DNA of 64,000 nucleotides from NCBI GenBank assembly GCA_965197925.1, contig CBDAOC010000020.1, positions 128,001-192,000 of the forward strand. Direction: 5' to 3'. The number at the start of each line of letters is the position of its first letter. Positions within the stretch are counted from its first letter, which is position 1. Positions 33,732 through 44,395 of the stretch are shown here, one piece after another. The notes beneath the pieces were generated by a model. The model made no database searches and was not told the DNA's origin. It saw only the letters and a list, made by a program, of their open reading frames with translations. A program made the position numbers and the translations under genes. Origin of the DNA: Nitrososphaerales archaeon. Lineage in GTDB: Archaea > Thermoproteota > Nitrososphaeria > Nitrososphaerales > UBA213.

Positions 33732-34049
33732 TCAACCTCCAATACTATCAGCCATCCACTGCAAATAGCTATTACTTGCACCATTCATCGTTATCTCAAC
33801 AACCTCAGGAACCTCATATGGATGAGACTGTTCAATAGCTTCCTTCAAATTTTTTGCTGTTTTACCAATGCTTTTGAATAGTGCTAAACATTCATTGGAA
33901 TACTCTATTTTTTCATTCCACCAGTAAATTGATCTAATACTTGTGAGGTTAACACAAGCAGCTAATTTAGATTCTAGGATATCCTTAGCTATCTTCGAAG
34001 CAGTCTCTTGGTCAGGATAGGTAGACAACACTATAATACCTTTCTCCAT
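33732..34049 (-). CDS. cutA: Divalent cation tolerance protein CutA
   Basis: LAACVN, SIYWW, HPYEVPE; start moved to MEKG. Confidence 0.9.
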   Translation of the reverse strand: MEKGIIVLSTYPDQETASKIAKDILESKLAACVNLTSIRSIYWWNEKIEYSNECLALFKSIGKTAKNLKEAIEQSHPYEVPEVVEITMNGASNSYLQWMADSIGG

Positions 34050-34091
34050 AGCAACCGATAAATCCCCCTTAGATGATAAAAGGTTAACTAA

Positions 34092-35303
34092 ATGGCGTTT
34101 GAATTCTTTGAACAAAACTCCAGCATTTTCATGTTGCTGATAGCATGGGTACTAATCCTTGCTGGAGCGAAGGCGTTAAAGCTCGAGAAACATGGATTCG
34201 AAATAAAGCCTTTTATGCTGACGTATAAGAATCATAACATTTCAGGTACGCTGGACAGAATGTTGTCACATAAAACAACTATTGGAATATTTGCCGATAT
34301 TAGTGTGGTATCAGGTGCTATAATGATGGCGTTTTCATTATGGTTCCTCATCAATAATTTAAACAACTTTTTCGTTGCTACCGAGCAGTTCTCTGAAGTA
34401 ACCTTACTCATACCAGGAGTGACAGTAAGAAGCCTTCCGAACCTTACGTATTTCCTGCTAGCCGCTCCAGTCGTACTTGTCATACACGAAGTGGCACATG
34501 GCATAGTTGCTAGACTAGAGAAGATCAAGATAAAATCGGGCGGATTTGCAATAATAATAGCGATAATCGCCGGTTTTGTAGAACCTGATGAGGAGGAGTT
34601 TGAGAGAGCAAAGAGGAGGTCAAAAGTTCGGGTTATTGCTGCTGGTTCTACATCAAATGTACTCTTTTCCTTCATAATTGCAGGTCTTATGATATTTAAC
34701 CCTATGTTTGGTAACATTTTGGATCTTGTAAGCCCTGAAGTTAGAGGTTTGTTTTACAACGATCCCATAGGGGTTCCAGTACTCCAGGTAATGGAAGGTA
34801 TGGGAGCAGAACTTTCTGGCATGAAGGTAGAGGACATAATTACTAACATTAATGGGGTTCCAATACGAACCCCTTCAGACTTTGCAAATGTCAATTTGAC
34901 ACCTGGAGAAAGTGCAACCGTTATGGTATTAAGGAAAGGACAGATGATGAACTTGAATGTTCCAATAAATAATGCGCCCGATGACCCGAGTAGAGGACTG
35001 CTCGGGATAATAAGAGGTGCATTTTCCTATGTTCCCCCAAAAGTTCCCTACTACATTGATTGGCCTAGACCTATTTTCACATTTTTGCTGTGGTTGTGGA
35101 TGCTTTCATTTTTTATAGGAGTATTTAACATGCTCCCTATGTTTCCTCTTGACGGTGAAAAATATATTAGCTCTATACTTGGGGACAGGGTTTCGAAACG
35201 GTATTTACTTGCGACTAAAATAGGAATCACCGTTGTAGCCCTTGGACTATTGGGCGGTAATATAGCAGCAACTGTGATAAAATCAGGATTCATAACGATA
35301 TAG
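34092..35303 (+). CDS. Site-2 protease (M50) with PDZ domain
   Basis: HEVAH, NMLPMFPLDG, PDZ-like segment. Confidence 0.9.
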   Translation: MAFEFFEQNSSIFMLLIAWVLILAGAKALKLEKHGFEIKPFMLTYKNHNISGTLDRMLSHKTTIGIFADISVVSGAIMMAFSLWFLINNLNNFFVATEQFSEVTLLIPGVTVRSLPNLTYFLLAAPVVLVIHEVAHGIVARLEKIKIKSGGFAIIIAIIAGFVEPDEEEFERAKRRSKVRVIAAGSTSNVLFSFIIAGLMIFNPMFGNILDLVSPEVRGLFYNDPIGVPVLQVMEGMGAELSGMKVEDIITNINGVPIRTPSDFANVNLTPGESATVMVLRKGQMMNLNVPINNAPDDPSRGLLGIIRGAFSYVPPKVPYYIDWPRPIFTFLLWLWMLSFFIGVFNMLPMFPLDGEKYISSILGDRVSKRYLLATKIGITVVALGLLGGNIAATVIKSGFITI

Positions 35304-35304
35304 T

Positions 35305-36222
35305 ATGAGTATTGTATGTGATCGTTGCAACGGTAAAAGTGCATATCATAGGAATTATTCTGGAGAAAGTTTATGTGGAAAATGTTTTTCCAAGTCTTTG
35401 CAGGATAAGGTATCTAAAACTATATCAAAATATTCAATGCTAAAATATGAAGATAATGTGACAGTGGCTGTCTCCGGTGGCAAGGACAGTCTATCTCTAT
35501 TACACATGATTGTCCCAATATGTAAGAAACGTGGAACGAAAATTTGTGCAATTACGATTGATGAAGGGATAGAGGGGTATAGAGATGAATCACTAAGTAT
35601 CGTGAAGGAATTTGTATCTCGTATGCATGTTGAACATAGAGTATTCTCATATAAGCAATTTTTCAAAGTAAGTCTAGAAGAGAGTTTGCTTCTGAGGAAA
35701 GGGAGTAAGATGAGTTCCTGCTCTATCTGTGGTACCTTTAGAAGAAGAGCCATTGACGTCGCGGCAGAAATTGTTCGAACTAATGTTGTGGCAACAGCAC
35801 ATAACCTAGATGATGCACTACAAACATTTCTGATCAACATACTAGCAGGTGATGTTGATAGGATAGGATGGAATTACCCAAAAGCAATTGAGTATGCAAA
35901 AGGGTTGAGGAAGATTAAACCTCTTACTGAAATTTATGAGCATGAAATCGCGTTCTATGCATTAATTAATGAAATACCATTTCAATCTGAAGAATGCCCA
36001 CATATGAATGAGGGAATCAGGACAAATATTAGAGAATTTCTGAACAATTTAGAAGATAAACACTCGGGTATAAAATACAATGCTTTTAATACTATGGTAA
36101 AAATAGCGAACAGGATAAAAGATTCTTCTGAAAAAAATCATCGTAATTGTGTTTTATGCGGGAGAGATTCAAGTGGTCACATATGCTCCGTATGCGAACT
36201 GATGATAACTCTAAAAAAATAA
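35305..36222 (+). CDS. tRNA 2-thiolation protein (TtuA/Ncs6/NcsA family)
   Basis: SGGKDS PP-loop, CSICGTFRR, AHNLDD, terminal Zn fingers. Confidence 0.88.
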   Translation: MSIVCDRCNGKSAYHRNYSGESLCGKCFSKSLQDKVSKTISKYSMLKYEDNVTVAVSGGKDSLSLLHMIVPICKKRGTKICAITIDEGIEGYRDESLSIVKEFVSRMHVEHRVFSYKQFFKVSLEESLLLRKGSKMSSCSICGTFRRRAIDVAAEIVRTNVVATAHNLDDALQTFLINILAGDVDRIGWNYPKAIEYAKGLRKIKPLTEIYEHEIAFYALINEIPFQSEECPHMNEGIRTNIREFLNNLEDKHSGIKYNAFNTMVKIANRIKDSSEKNHRNCVLCGRDSSGHICSVCELMITLKK

Positions 36223-36262
36223 GAAGAAAATGCAAATATAACTGAAGTACATAGTACTCTTG

Positions 36263-36581
36263 CGGTAGTAGGTAGGGCCAGGGTGTTAGCCGTACCCTTT
36301 ACTCGAAACCGGCTTCATGCGAGGATCAGTAACCGTCAGGTAAATCCGTAGTTGATATGTACTTACTGACTTTGCTTATATGAACCCACGCCGTGATGGG
36401 TGCTTGCAGGTAACAGACCATCTGAAGGGATGGTGCTGATCATCGAACCGCCGAAAGGGGTGAGGTCCGGGAGGGAGCAACCCTAAGGTGGAGTAGGCAC
36501 GCTGTCACGTCTACGTGGTGGATCTTGCGATGTCAGAGATTTGGCTTATTGTCTACGGCGGAACTGATGGAACTACTACCG
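36263..36581 (+). ncRNA. ffs: Archaeal SRP (7S) RNA
   Basis: Complementary ends cggtagtag / ctactaccg; helix 8 GGGU-GAGG-UCC-GGGA-GGG-AGCA-ACCC; GC-rich, about 320 nt. Confidence 0.9.
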
Positions 36582-36634
36582 TTTAATTAGTAATTTGATA
36601 CAACACAAAAATAGGAGTTAATCCAAGTAACGAT

Positions 36635-36970
36635 ATGAATAAGTTTGAAATACATGCTAGACAACCTAAAGTATCAGGTGAAGATTATATATCAAAACTG
36701 GATGGGTCTATTAAAGATATTTTCCAAGACATCAGACGTTTCGTCTTGTCATTAGGTTCAAATGTGATAGAAGAGGTTAGACCTCATAGGATAGTTTATT
36801 CCAAATCTTTCAATTTTAGAACATTCCTGGATATAGAACCTCTAAACAACACTTTAATATTAAGTGTGAAGAAGAGACCAAAGGATAGCCCAAATAAGAT
36901 GAATGTTACTTCCAAAGAACAATTACAGGATATAAAGGACACCATTAAGATAGCTTATGAGAAAATTTAA
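36635..36970 (+). CDS. DUF5655-like small protein
   Basis: IRRFVLSLGSNVIEE...IKIAYE pattern. Confidence 0.6.
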   Translation: MNKFEIHARQPKVSGEDYISKLDGSIKDIFQDIRRFVLSLGSNVIEEVRPHRIVYSKSFNFRTFLDIEPLNNTLILSVKKRPKDSPNKMNVTSKEQLQDIKDTIKIAYEKI

Positions 36971-37248
36971 TATAATATAGTGAATTTATCGAACTCTCCT
37001 TTATAAGGCTCATATTCAACTTTGACATCGTCTACTTTAGCTTTATGGGTACCTACATGACACCATTCAATTACTTCAGTAACATCCATTTCCACACCTT
37101 CCAGAATTATCTCAACCCTTCTATCTCGTAAGTTTCTTACCCATCCGTTCACTTTGAGCTTTTTGGAGACCATGCGCATGTTCTGCCTGAAGCTTACACC
37201 TTGTACTTTACCTTTGACAAATATGTGAGCTCTAATTAGTTTTACCAA
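36967..37248 (-). CDS. acyP: Acylphosphatase
   Basis: GKVQGVSFR, GWVRNL. Confidence 0.9.
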   Translation of the reverse strand: MVKLIRAHIFVKGKVQGVSFRQNMRMVSKKLKVNGWVRNLRDRRVEIILEGVEMDVTEVIEWCHVGTHKAKVDDVKVEYEPYKGEFDKFTILY

Positions 37249-37289
37249 GTATACACAATTCGAAGAAAGTATGTATAAAAAATGTTATG

Positions 37290-38636
37290 CTAAAGATTTC
37301 CACCCTCTTCTGCAAATAAATGTTCAATCGTTGTTGCTTTCCTTACTAGTGTATAATGACCATTACTCTTCATCACAATTGAAGGTTTTGTTTGGCAGTG
37401 AAATGGCATGTTGAATACAATGGAATATGCGCCAACATTGTAAAACAAAACATATTTGTTCAGTTCAGCATTATGCAGCTGTGACACCTTTGAGATAGGA
37501 AAAACATCATAAGTATCACAAAGTCTTCCTGCCAAATGGACTCTGTTATTATTTATTGTATTCACATTCAAATTATTGTTATCACTCTGTTTACTGTCGG
37601 TGATTACAACTTCTTGTGGATATTCTTGCTTCAACAATGCTGAATCAAGTAGTAAATGATAACCAGCGTCAACTATTACGAATTTATCGTTTGCATATTC
37701 TTTCATGTTTATTATCTTGCTTACCAGCATACATGCTTCTGCAGTTAGATATCTACCACTCTCAATTATCACTGAAAAATTACCATGTGTATCATACATT
37801 TGATTTAGCTTGCCAATGAATGATGACGCTACCTCTCCCGGGGTTGGTACACTTTCACCATAGAATACTGGAGTGCCTCCTCCAATATCTATTGTGTTTA
37901 CCTTGAATTTTGGATTCTCCTTCTTCATCTTTGTCATAAACGAATCAAGTTTCTCCAATGCATTTGTGAAACATGAAAAGTCCGTGATCTGTGAACCAAG
38001 ATGGAAATGAAAACCTTCAAACGTGAGTATATCGCTCGAGAGTATTTCTTTTATAAGATGAGTTGCACTATCAACCTTATTTCCGTTAAAAGGAACGCCG
38101 AACTTTCCATGCCTGTATGATGCCCTGATTTCTGCCTTTACGCCCACTTCCGGATTTATCCTTACCATGGTTAATGGTTTAACATTCAAGGCCTTTGCTG
38201 CTTCTAACAAATTAATCAGTCCGTTGAAAGAGCTAACAACTATTTTTTTTATATCGTTCTTTAATGCATGTTCATATTCTTCGAGCTCTTCAGTAACACT
38301 TGTGTAGACTATATTGTCTGGATTCCCTTTACACTTATTATAAAAATACAATTCGCCTGTAGAAGTTGCATCAAACAGAATATTATCCTTCATAAACGCT
38401 TTAACAACTGAGGGATTGAAATTTGCCTTTATCGAATAAGCCACCCTTGCGGAACCTTTGAATTTTTTATAAGCTTCCAAAAGCTCTTTTACTTTTTTGT
38501 GTAATACTTGTTCATCAATAACATACATCGGTGTTCCAAACTGTTTTACCAATACAGCAAGATCTTTATTATTGATGAACCTGCTTAGATTGGATGATTG
38601 TGATAATTGTAAAGTCCTAACGATTTCTCCCATCAT
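37290..38636 (-). CDS. lysA: Diaminopimelate decarboxylase (fold-III PLP decarboxylase)
   Basis: YSIKAN, KFG, HFHLGSQ, DIGGG, ESGRY, GRLCD, GAY. Confidence 0.8.
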   Translation of the reverse strand: MMGEIVRTLQLSQSSNLSRFINNKDLAVLVKQFGTPMYVIDEQVLHKKVKELLEAYKKFKGSARVAYSIKANFNPSVVKAFMKDNILFDATSTGELYFYNKCKGNPDNIVYTSVTEELEEYEHALKNDIKKIVVSSFNGLINLLEAAKALNVKPLTMVRINPEVGVKAEIRASYRHGKFGVPFNGNKVDSATHLIKEILSSDILTFEGFHFHLGSQITDFSCFTNALEKLDSFMTKMKKENPKFKVNTIDIGGGTPVFYGESVPTPGEVASSFIGKLNQMYDTHGNFSVIIESGRYLTAEACMLVSKIINMKEYANDKFVIVDAGYHLLLDSALLKQEYPQEVVITDSKQSDNNNLNVNTINNNRVHLAGRLCDTYDVFPISKVSQLHNAELNKYVLFYNVGAYSIVFNMPFHCQTKPSIVMKSNGHYTLVRKATTIEHLFAEEGGNL

Positions 38637-38697
38637 TTCGTAGGCGTATTTGAAAAATATTTATTTAAAAACATTTCGTTCCATATTTTAACAATAA

Positions 38698-39426
38698 TTA
38701 AATCCTTCTAACCCTTGATCTACCAGTTTTCCTAGGAGCTATGTTTCCAACCTTTCTTCCAGGTGGTGCTGTTCTGCCGACAGAAGTTTGTTTGCCAGGG
38801 TGTTGATGCCTTCCACCTCCATATGGATGGAAAACAGATGCCATCGCTGTTCCTCTAACTCTAGGATACACCTTTCCTCTAACTTTCATCGCATAAAATT
38901 TCTTACCGGCTTTAAGAAACGGTTTCTCACCCGCACCTCCACCAGCAATAATACCAACAACAGCTTTGCAGTTAGCATTCAACGTAAGAAGTTTTCTAGA
39001 AGGCATCCTTAAAGTCACGCCATGTCCTGCATGAGCAAATACTGTTGCTGATGAACCAGCCGTCTTTACTAGCCTGCCCCCATCACCGGAGTTTCTTTCA
39101 ATATTACAAACTATAGTCCCATCTGGTATATTATTTAGATTTATGATATTCATGGAATCTATAGATGCATTTGAACCAATTTCGATCCTAGATCCAATGT
39201 TGACGCCTTCCGTGGCCGGGATGTAAACGTACTTACCATCATCAAACTTCACTTTTGCTAATGGTGCATCCCTTCCTGACTCATGAACAAGATCCACTAT
39301 CTCACCTACATGATGTTCTTCACGCAAATAATTTGGGTACCTAGCGGATTTTATTTTGCCTGTGGTAGCAGATCTAAATTGTTTCCCTCCACGTCCCTTC
39401 CGCTGGACCAGAATCCGTTTACCCAT
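38698..39426 (-). CDS. rpl2: 50S ribosomal protein uL2
   Basis: MGKRILVQRKGRG; HPYGGGRHQHPG; APPGRKVG. Confidence 0.97.
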   Translation of the reverse strand: MGKRILVQRKGRGGKQFRSATTGKIKSARYPNYLREEHHVGEIVDLVHESGRDAPLAKVKFDDGKYVYIPATEGVNIGSRIEIGSNASIDSMNIINLNNIPDGTIVCNIERNSGDGGRLVKTAGSSATVFAHAGHGVTLRMPSRKLLTLNANCKAVVGIIAGGGAGEKPFLKAGKKFYAMKVRGKVYPRVRGTAMASVFHPYGGGRHQHPGKQTSVGRTAPPGRKVGNIAPRKTGRSRVRRI

Positions 39427-39467
39427 TGTTAGATTGTTAGCAAAATCATATGATTTTAACCTTATGA

Positions 39468-40037
39468 TTATATGATATGTTTAATGTTGTCACTCATATT
39501 GAAACCAAAAGCTTCGGACGCTTCTTCCAGAGCTTTATTGGAATTGGGGCCTAGTAAGCATCGGAAAGCAATAATCTGAACAGGGGAAAGTTCTAGCTCC
39601 TTCAATACGCAATCAATTTCTGACTGTATCTTAAGATCTTCTTCTACTAGCGTTCGGAGCCTATTTACTACAATCTTTATTCGCATTTTTAACATTTTCT
39701 TGCTATAAGTTCTCTCTTTAAGGGTTTGAATATTTGAAAGTGAATTAACTTTGTATTCTCCGGAACCTATATACAGGCACAAAATACCGCTTCTGAAAAT
39801 ATATCCTAATGCTAATGGTTTACTAAGCGTATAAACAATCCTAACTTTTGGAACTGAATTAACTTTAACCTGTTCTACAAGACCATTTTTCTCTAATATG
39901 GCTAGATGCTTCAAGACAGCTTGCTGTGTAACACCAAGTATTCTAACGAGTTCGTTAATGCTCCTTGCTCTCTCACAAAGCAGCTCTAACAATCGTAGCC
40001 TGGTTACAGAACCTATCATCTTAAGTAGTTTTAACAA
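39468..40037 (-). CDS. ArsR-type HTH regulator (candidate heat-shock repressor)
   Basis: TRLRLLELL...VTQQAVLKHLAILEKNGLV; divergent from hsp20-cdc48. Confidence 0.8.
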   Translation of the reverse strand: MLKLLKMIGSVTRLRLLELLCERARSINELVRILGVTQQAVLKHLAILEKNGLVEQVKVNSVPKVRIVYTLSKPLALGYIFRSGILCLYIGSGEYKVNSLSNIQTLKERTYSKKMLKMRIKIVVNRLRTLVEEDLKIQSEIDCVLKELELSPVQIIAFRCLLGPNSNKALEEASEAFGFNMSDNIKHII

Positions 40038-40073
40038 TTCCTACGAAAATCATGATGCCAAAGATTTATAAAT

Positions 40074-40088
40074 GTAACCTATGGTTAC
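40074..40088. promoter_or_regulatory. Palindromic operator candidate GTAACC-TAT-GGTTAC just downstream of the hsp20 TATA box
   Basis: Perfect 6-bp inverted repeat next to TTTATAAA, 12 nt before the hsp20 ATG. Confidence 0.65.
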
Positions 40089-40100
40089 TAACCACTTGTT

Positions 40101-40589
40101 ATGCCAAGAAGAATCGGAAAGCTTGATGTTCTCGAGGCTTTGGAAAAGATGATAGAGTCTCTACAAAATGATTTTGAACAATCATTCAATGAATTTGGGA
40201 AATTCGGAAACGAATCAAAGCCATTGATGTATGGATTTCTTATGGATATGGATCCTAATGGTGAACCAATAATAAAGACCTTTGGAGATAAAGCATTTAA
40301 TTCTGGTTTCAGGGAACCGGTTTACGACCAGTTTGTCAAGGTCGATACAGACGAACTGATAGTAACCATAGAGATACCGGGGATTACTAAAGAGGACATT
40401 GAGTTGAAGGTAACAGAATCCAACATTGTAGTAACTTCAAATTGTGAGAGAAAATACAAATCATGTATCGATCTGAAGGTTCCCGTCGTTCCAGAGAATG
40501 CTAAAGCTGCTTGCAGAAATGGTATACTAACCGTGACCTTGAATGTCAAAGGTAAGAGTAATAAAGGATTAAAGATAAATGTTGAGTGA
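40101..40589 (+). CDS. hsp20: Small heat shock protein Hsp20
   Basis: [10 protein letters not shown]...NGILTV alpha-crystallin motifs. Confidence 0.9.
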   Translation: MPRRIGKLDVLEALEKMIESLQNDFEQSFNEFGKFGNESKPLMYGFLMDMDPNGEPIIKTFGDKAFNSGFREPVYDQFVKVDTDELIVTIEIPGITKEDIELKVTESNIVVTSNCERKYKSCIDLKVPVVPENAKAACRNGILTVTLNVKGKSNKGLKINVE

Positions 40590-40594
40590 GAAAT

Positions 40595-42775
40595 ATGAGT
40601 CAGAATACACTATCGCTTAAAGTGTTAGAGGCCTATACCAGAGATGTAGGTAGGGGTGTAGCGAGGATAGATTATGATTCCATGGATTCTTTAATTGCTT
40701 CGACCGGTGATGTTGTAGAGATTAAGGGAAAGAGGCGAACCGTTGCAAAATGTTTACCGTTATACCCTTCTGACGAAGGTAAAGGGATAATTAGAATTGA
40801 TGGTCTGGTTAGGAATAATTCTGGTGTAGCAATTGGAGATACAGTTATAGTGAAAAAGATTAAAGCTGTCCCTGCAGAAAAGGTGATTGTAGCCCCGCTA
40901 GAAGCAATACCCCCAATAGATGAGCGCTATCTTGCTGATGCCCTTGAAAGTGTTCCACTGATCAAAGGTGATAACGTTATGGTTCCGTACTTCGGAGGCA
41001 GGCTAACCTTCCAAGTAATAGGTGTTAATCCGGCTGCTGATGCCGTTCTTGTTAACCAGAAAACTATATTCCATATAGCTGAAAAGGGGGAAACACTCAG
41101 AGGTGTCCCACAAGTTACATATGAAGATATCGGCGGTTTAAAGGATGAGACACAGAAAGTCAGAGAAATGATTGAACTTCCATTAAGACATCCTGAAATT
41201 TTTGAGAAACTAGGTATAGAAGCTCCAAAGGGCGTATTATTATATGGACCCCCAGGAACTGGTAAGACATTATTGGCTAAAGCTGTTGCTAACGAAAGCA
41301 ATGCACATTTTATTAGCATCAGCGGACCAGAAATCATGAGTAAATTCTACGGCGAAAGTGAAGCCAGACTTAGGGAAATATTCAAAGAAGCTAAGGAAAA
41401 GGCGCCGAGCATTATATTCATTGATGAAATTGATTCTATTGCACCAAAGAGAGAGGAAGTTACTGGCGAAGTGGAAAGGAGAGTGGTGAGTCAATTGCTG
41501 TCGCTTATGGATGGTCTTGAGGCAAGGGGAAAGGTAATAGTTATTGCTGCCACAAATAGACCGAATGCTATAGACCCTGCTCTTAGAAGACCTGGAAGAT
41601 TTGATAGAGAAATTGAGATAAAGGTCCCGGACAAACGTGGTAGGCTTGAGATACTACTAATACACACCAGAAATATGCCGCTAGCTACAGGAGATGACGA
41701 CCAAGTGGATGTAGAGAGAATTTCAGCTGTGACACATGGGTTTGTAGGTGCTGATCTTGAGGGTCTCTGCAAAGAAGGGGCTATGAAATGCTTACGGAGA
41801 CTACTTCCAGAACTTAACATGGAAGATGAAAAGTTACATCCTGATGTTCTTAACAAACTAATAGTTACAATGAGTGACTTCAAAAATGCCATCAAAGAAG
41901 TGATGCCCTCCGCGATGCGAGAAGTTTATCTTGAAACTCCCGATGTGAAGTGGGTAGAAATTGGTGGCTTGGAGAGTATCAAACGTGAATTACAAGAAGC
42001 CATAGAGTGGCCATTGAAATACCCAGACTTATATCAAAAACTTGGTCATAATATGTTTAAAGGTATATTGCTACACGGCGTAAGTGGTACAGGTAAGACA
42101 TTGCTTGCTAAGGCTGTTGCCACGGAAAGTGAAGCCAATTTCATAAGTGTAAGAGGACCTGAACTCCTCTCAAAATGGGTTGGTGAATCTGAACGAGGTA
42201 TAAGGGAAGTATTCAGGAGAGCAAGGCAGGCAGCTCCTTGTGTGATCTTCTTTGATGAAATAGACTCGATTGCTCCGATAAGGGGGATAGGAGGAGAAAA
42301 CATGGTAACCGAGCGCGTCGTAAGTCAATTGCTAACCGAACTCGATGGTATTCAATCTTTACAGGGGGTTGTCGTTCTTGGAGCCAGTAATAGGGCTGAC
42401 ATGTTAGATACTGCGTTACTAAGGCCAGGTAGATTTGACAAATTGATCCTTGTGCCTATGCCAGACAAGGATGCCAGACAGAAAATATTAGAGATCCACG
42501 CCAAAGAAAAGCCATTAGAAGTGGATGTCGATCTGGTCAAACTTGCAGAGATGACCGAGGGGTTCAGTGGTGCCGATGTTTCATCAGTAGCCAACACTGC
42601 GGTTTCACTGGTATTGCACGAGTATTTGGCTAAATATCCGTCGCCAGAAGAGGCTGCAAACCATGCAGGAGAAGCATCTATATCATTTAGACATTTCGAA
42701 GAAGCAGTAAGGAAAATAAGACAACAGAAGGAAGGAAAGCCAGGCGAGAAGGTTGCTGTCCCATACTATAGATGA
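40595..42775 (+). CDS. cdc48: Cdc48/VCP AAA+ ATPase
   Basis: N-domain plus two AAA modules ([16 protein letters not shown]), RPGRFD. Confidence 0.95.
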   Translation: MSQNTLSLKVLEAYTRDVGRGVARIDYDSMDSLIASTGDVVEIKGKRRTVAKCLPLYPSDEGKGIIRIDGLVRNNSGVAIGDTVIVKKIKAVPAEKVIVAPLEAIPPIDERYLADALESVPLIKGDNVMVPYFGGRLTFQVIGVNPAADAVLVNQKTIFHIAEKGETLRGVPQVTYEDIGGLKDETQKVREMIELPLRHPEIFEKLGIEAPKGVLLYGPPGTGKTLLAKAVANESNAHFISISGPEIMSKFYGESEARLREIFKEAKEKAPSIIFIDEIDSIAPKREEVTGEVERRVVSQLLSLMDGLEARGKVIVIAATNRPNAIDPALRRPGRFDREIEIKVPDKRGRLEILLIHTRNMPLATGDDDQVDVERISAVTHGFVGADLEGLCKEGAMKCLRRLLPELNMEDEKLHPDVLNKLIVTMSDFKNAIKEVMPSAMREVYLETPDVKWVEIGGLESIKRELQEAIEWPLKYPDLYQKLGHNMFKGILLHGVSGTGKTLLAKAVATESEANFISVRGPELLSKWVGESERGIREVFRRARQAAPCVIFFDEIDSIAPIRGIGGENMVTERVVSQLLTELDGIQSLQGVVVLGASNRADMLDTALLRPGRFDKLILVPMPDKDARQKILEIHAKEKPLEVDVDLVKLAEMTEGFSGADVSSVANTAVSLVLHEYLAKYPSPEEAANHAGEASISFRHFEEAVRKIRQQKEGKPGEKVAVPYYR

Positions 42776-43036
42776 AATTCAATAATTTTTTAGTAGATTT
42801 CATTACACATAGCTGGAGTATGAAGAAATATTGCTTAATATCTTAACACAGTTGTAATTGATGATTTGATAGCCATAGGATGTCAATTAAGATTATTTTT
42901 TCAAAATCACTTTTATTCCCTTCCTAGTGTTTAGTTTATCTATATTCTGCTGAACCTATGTCGTTTATTCACAATCTTAATTTGTAATTGACTATGTATA
43001 GTAATTCTTTAATGCAGTATAATATTTACCTGCTTC

Positions 43037-44356
43037 ATGTCAGAATTAACGGGATATAAGGGGAAAGTCTTCAATATACTATTTGATCATAACCTTTCTG
43101 TGGGAAACACACTATTGGTAAAAACTCATCGAGGTCTTTATATAGGAATTCTCATGCCAAGATATGAATTATCAGATGAAAATCATATAGTTATCAAACT
43201 AAAGAATGGCTATAACATAGGCATACATTCAGATAAAATTATTGGATTAGAATTGATGCAGGTTGAAGATGCAAGAATTAAAGGTAGTGAGAAGATTGAG
43301 CCAGCGATTAATCCAAATCTACCCAAAATTTTGATGATTAGTACCGGAGGAACAATTGCAAGCAAAATAGATTATAGAACTGGTGGTGTTGGGGCCCTCC
43401 TTACAGCTGATGAGCTGTATAACTCTATACCAGAATTGTCGAACTACGCGCAAGTAGATACACAAATACTTTTTAGCGAATACAGCGAAAACATATCAGT
43501 AAAACATTGGACCGAAATGGCGAAGAGTGTATATGAAAAAATAGTAGATGGTTATGAAGGTATAATATTAACTCATGGCACCGATACAATGCATTACTCT
43601 GCTGCTGCACTAAGTTTTGCACTAAACGAGGTGCCAGTCCCGTTAGTTCTTGTTGGTTCTCAAAGGTCTTCAGATAGACCTTCTTCAGATGGGGTGTTAA
43701 ATCTTATAGGAGCAACGCAGTTTGTATCCAAAGCAAAGGTTTCTGGTGTGTATGTCGCAATGCACAACAGCACAAACGATAATTTAATAGCCATTCATGT
43801 TGGTACACGAATTAGGAAAAATCATACAAGTAGAAGGAATGCATTTGAGTCGATAAGCCTTTCACCAATAGCTTTTGTTGACGGGGACAATATTGAAATA
43901 AACCAAGAGGTTATAACTAGACTAAAGAAACCTGGAAAATTTCTTTTAAGACCACATTTCGAAGAAAAAGTTGCATTATTGAAGTTTTACCCTGGCATGG
44001 ATCCAAGCGTAATTGAACATTATATCGATAAAGGTTATAGGGGTCTTGTAATAGAGGGAACAGGATTGGGTCATGTTGGAAAACAATGTTTTAGTGCATT
44101 AAGAAAAGCTATCGATAATGATATGATTGTTTGTATGTCATCACAATGCATATGGGGTAGGACTGGGATGACGGTGTACGAAACTGGAAGAGATTTGCTC
44201 AATTTTGGAATTATTCCATTATCAGATATGACTAGTGAGACAGCATTAGTCAAAACAATGTGGGCTCTTGCAAATTCCAAAGATAGGGAAGAAACTAGAG
44301 ATCTAATCTTGAAGAATATAGCAATGGAATATTGTGGAACATCACAATTTGATTGA
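43037..44356 (+). CDS. gatD: Glu-tRNA(Gln) amidotransferase subunit D
   Basis: KLKNGYNIG, TGGTIAS, HGTDT, SQRSSDRPSSD. Confidence 0.95.
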   Translation: MSELTGYKGKVFNILFDHNLSVGNTLLVKTHRGLYIGILMPRYELSDENHIVIKLKNGYNIGIHSDKIIGLELMQVEDARIKGSEKIEPAINPNLPKILMISTGGTIASKIDYRTGGVGALLTADELYNSIPELSNYAQVDTQILFSEYSENISVKHWTEMAKSVYEKIVDGYEGIILTHGTDTMHYSAAALSFALNEVPVPLVLVGSQRSSDRPSSDGVLNLIGATQFVSKAKVSGVYVAMHNSTNDNLIAIHVGTRIRKNHTSRRNAFESISLSPIAFVDGDNIEINQEVITRLKKPGKFLLRPHFEEKVALLKFYPGMDPSVIEHYIDKGYRGLVIEGTGLGHVGKQCFSALRKAIDNDMIVCMSSQCIWGRTGMTVYETGRDLLNFGIIPLSDMTSETALVKTMWALANSKDREETRDLILKNIAMEYCGTSQFD

Positions 44357-44395
44357 AATTAAGATTTAATATCTGTACACTTACTAGATAGATTA

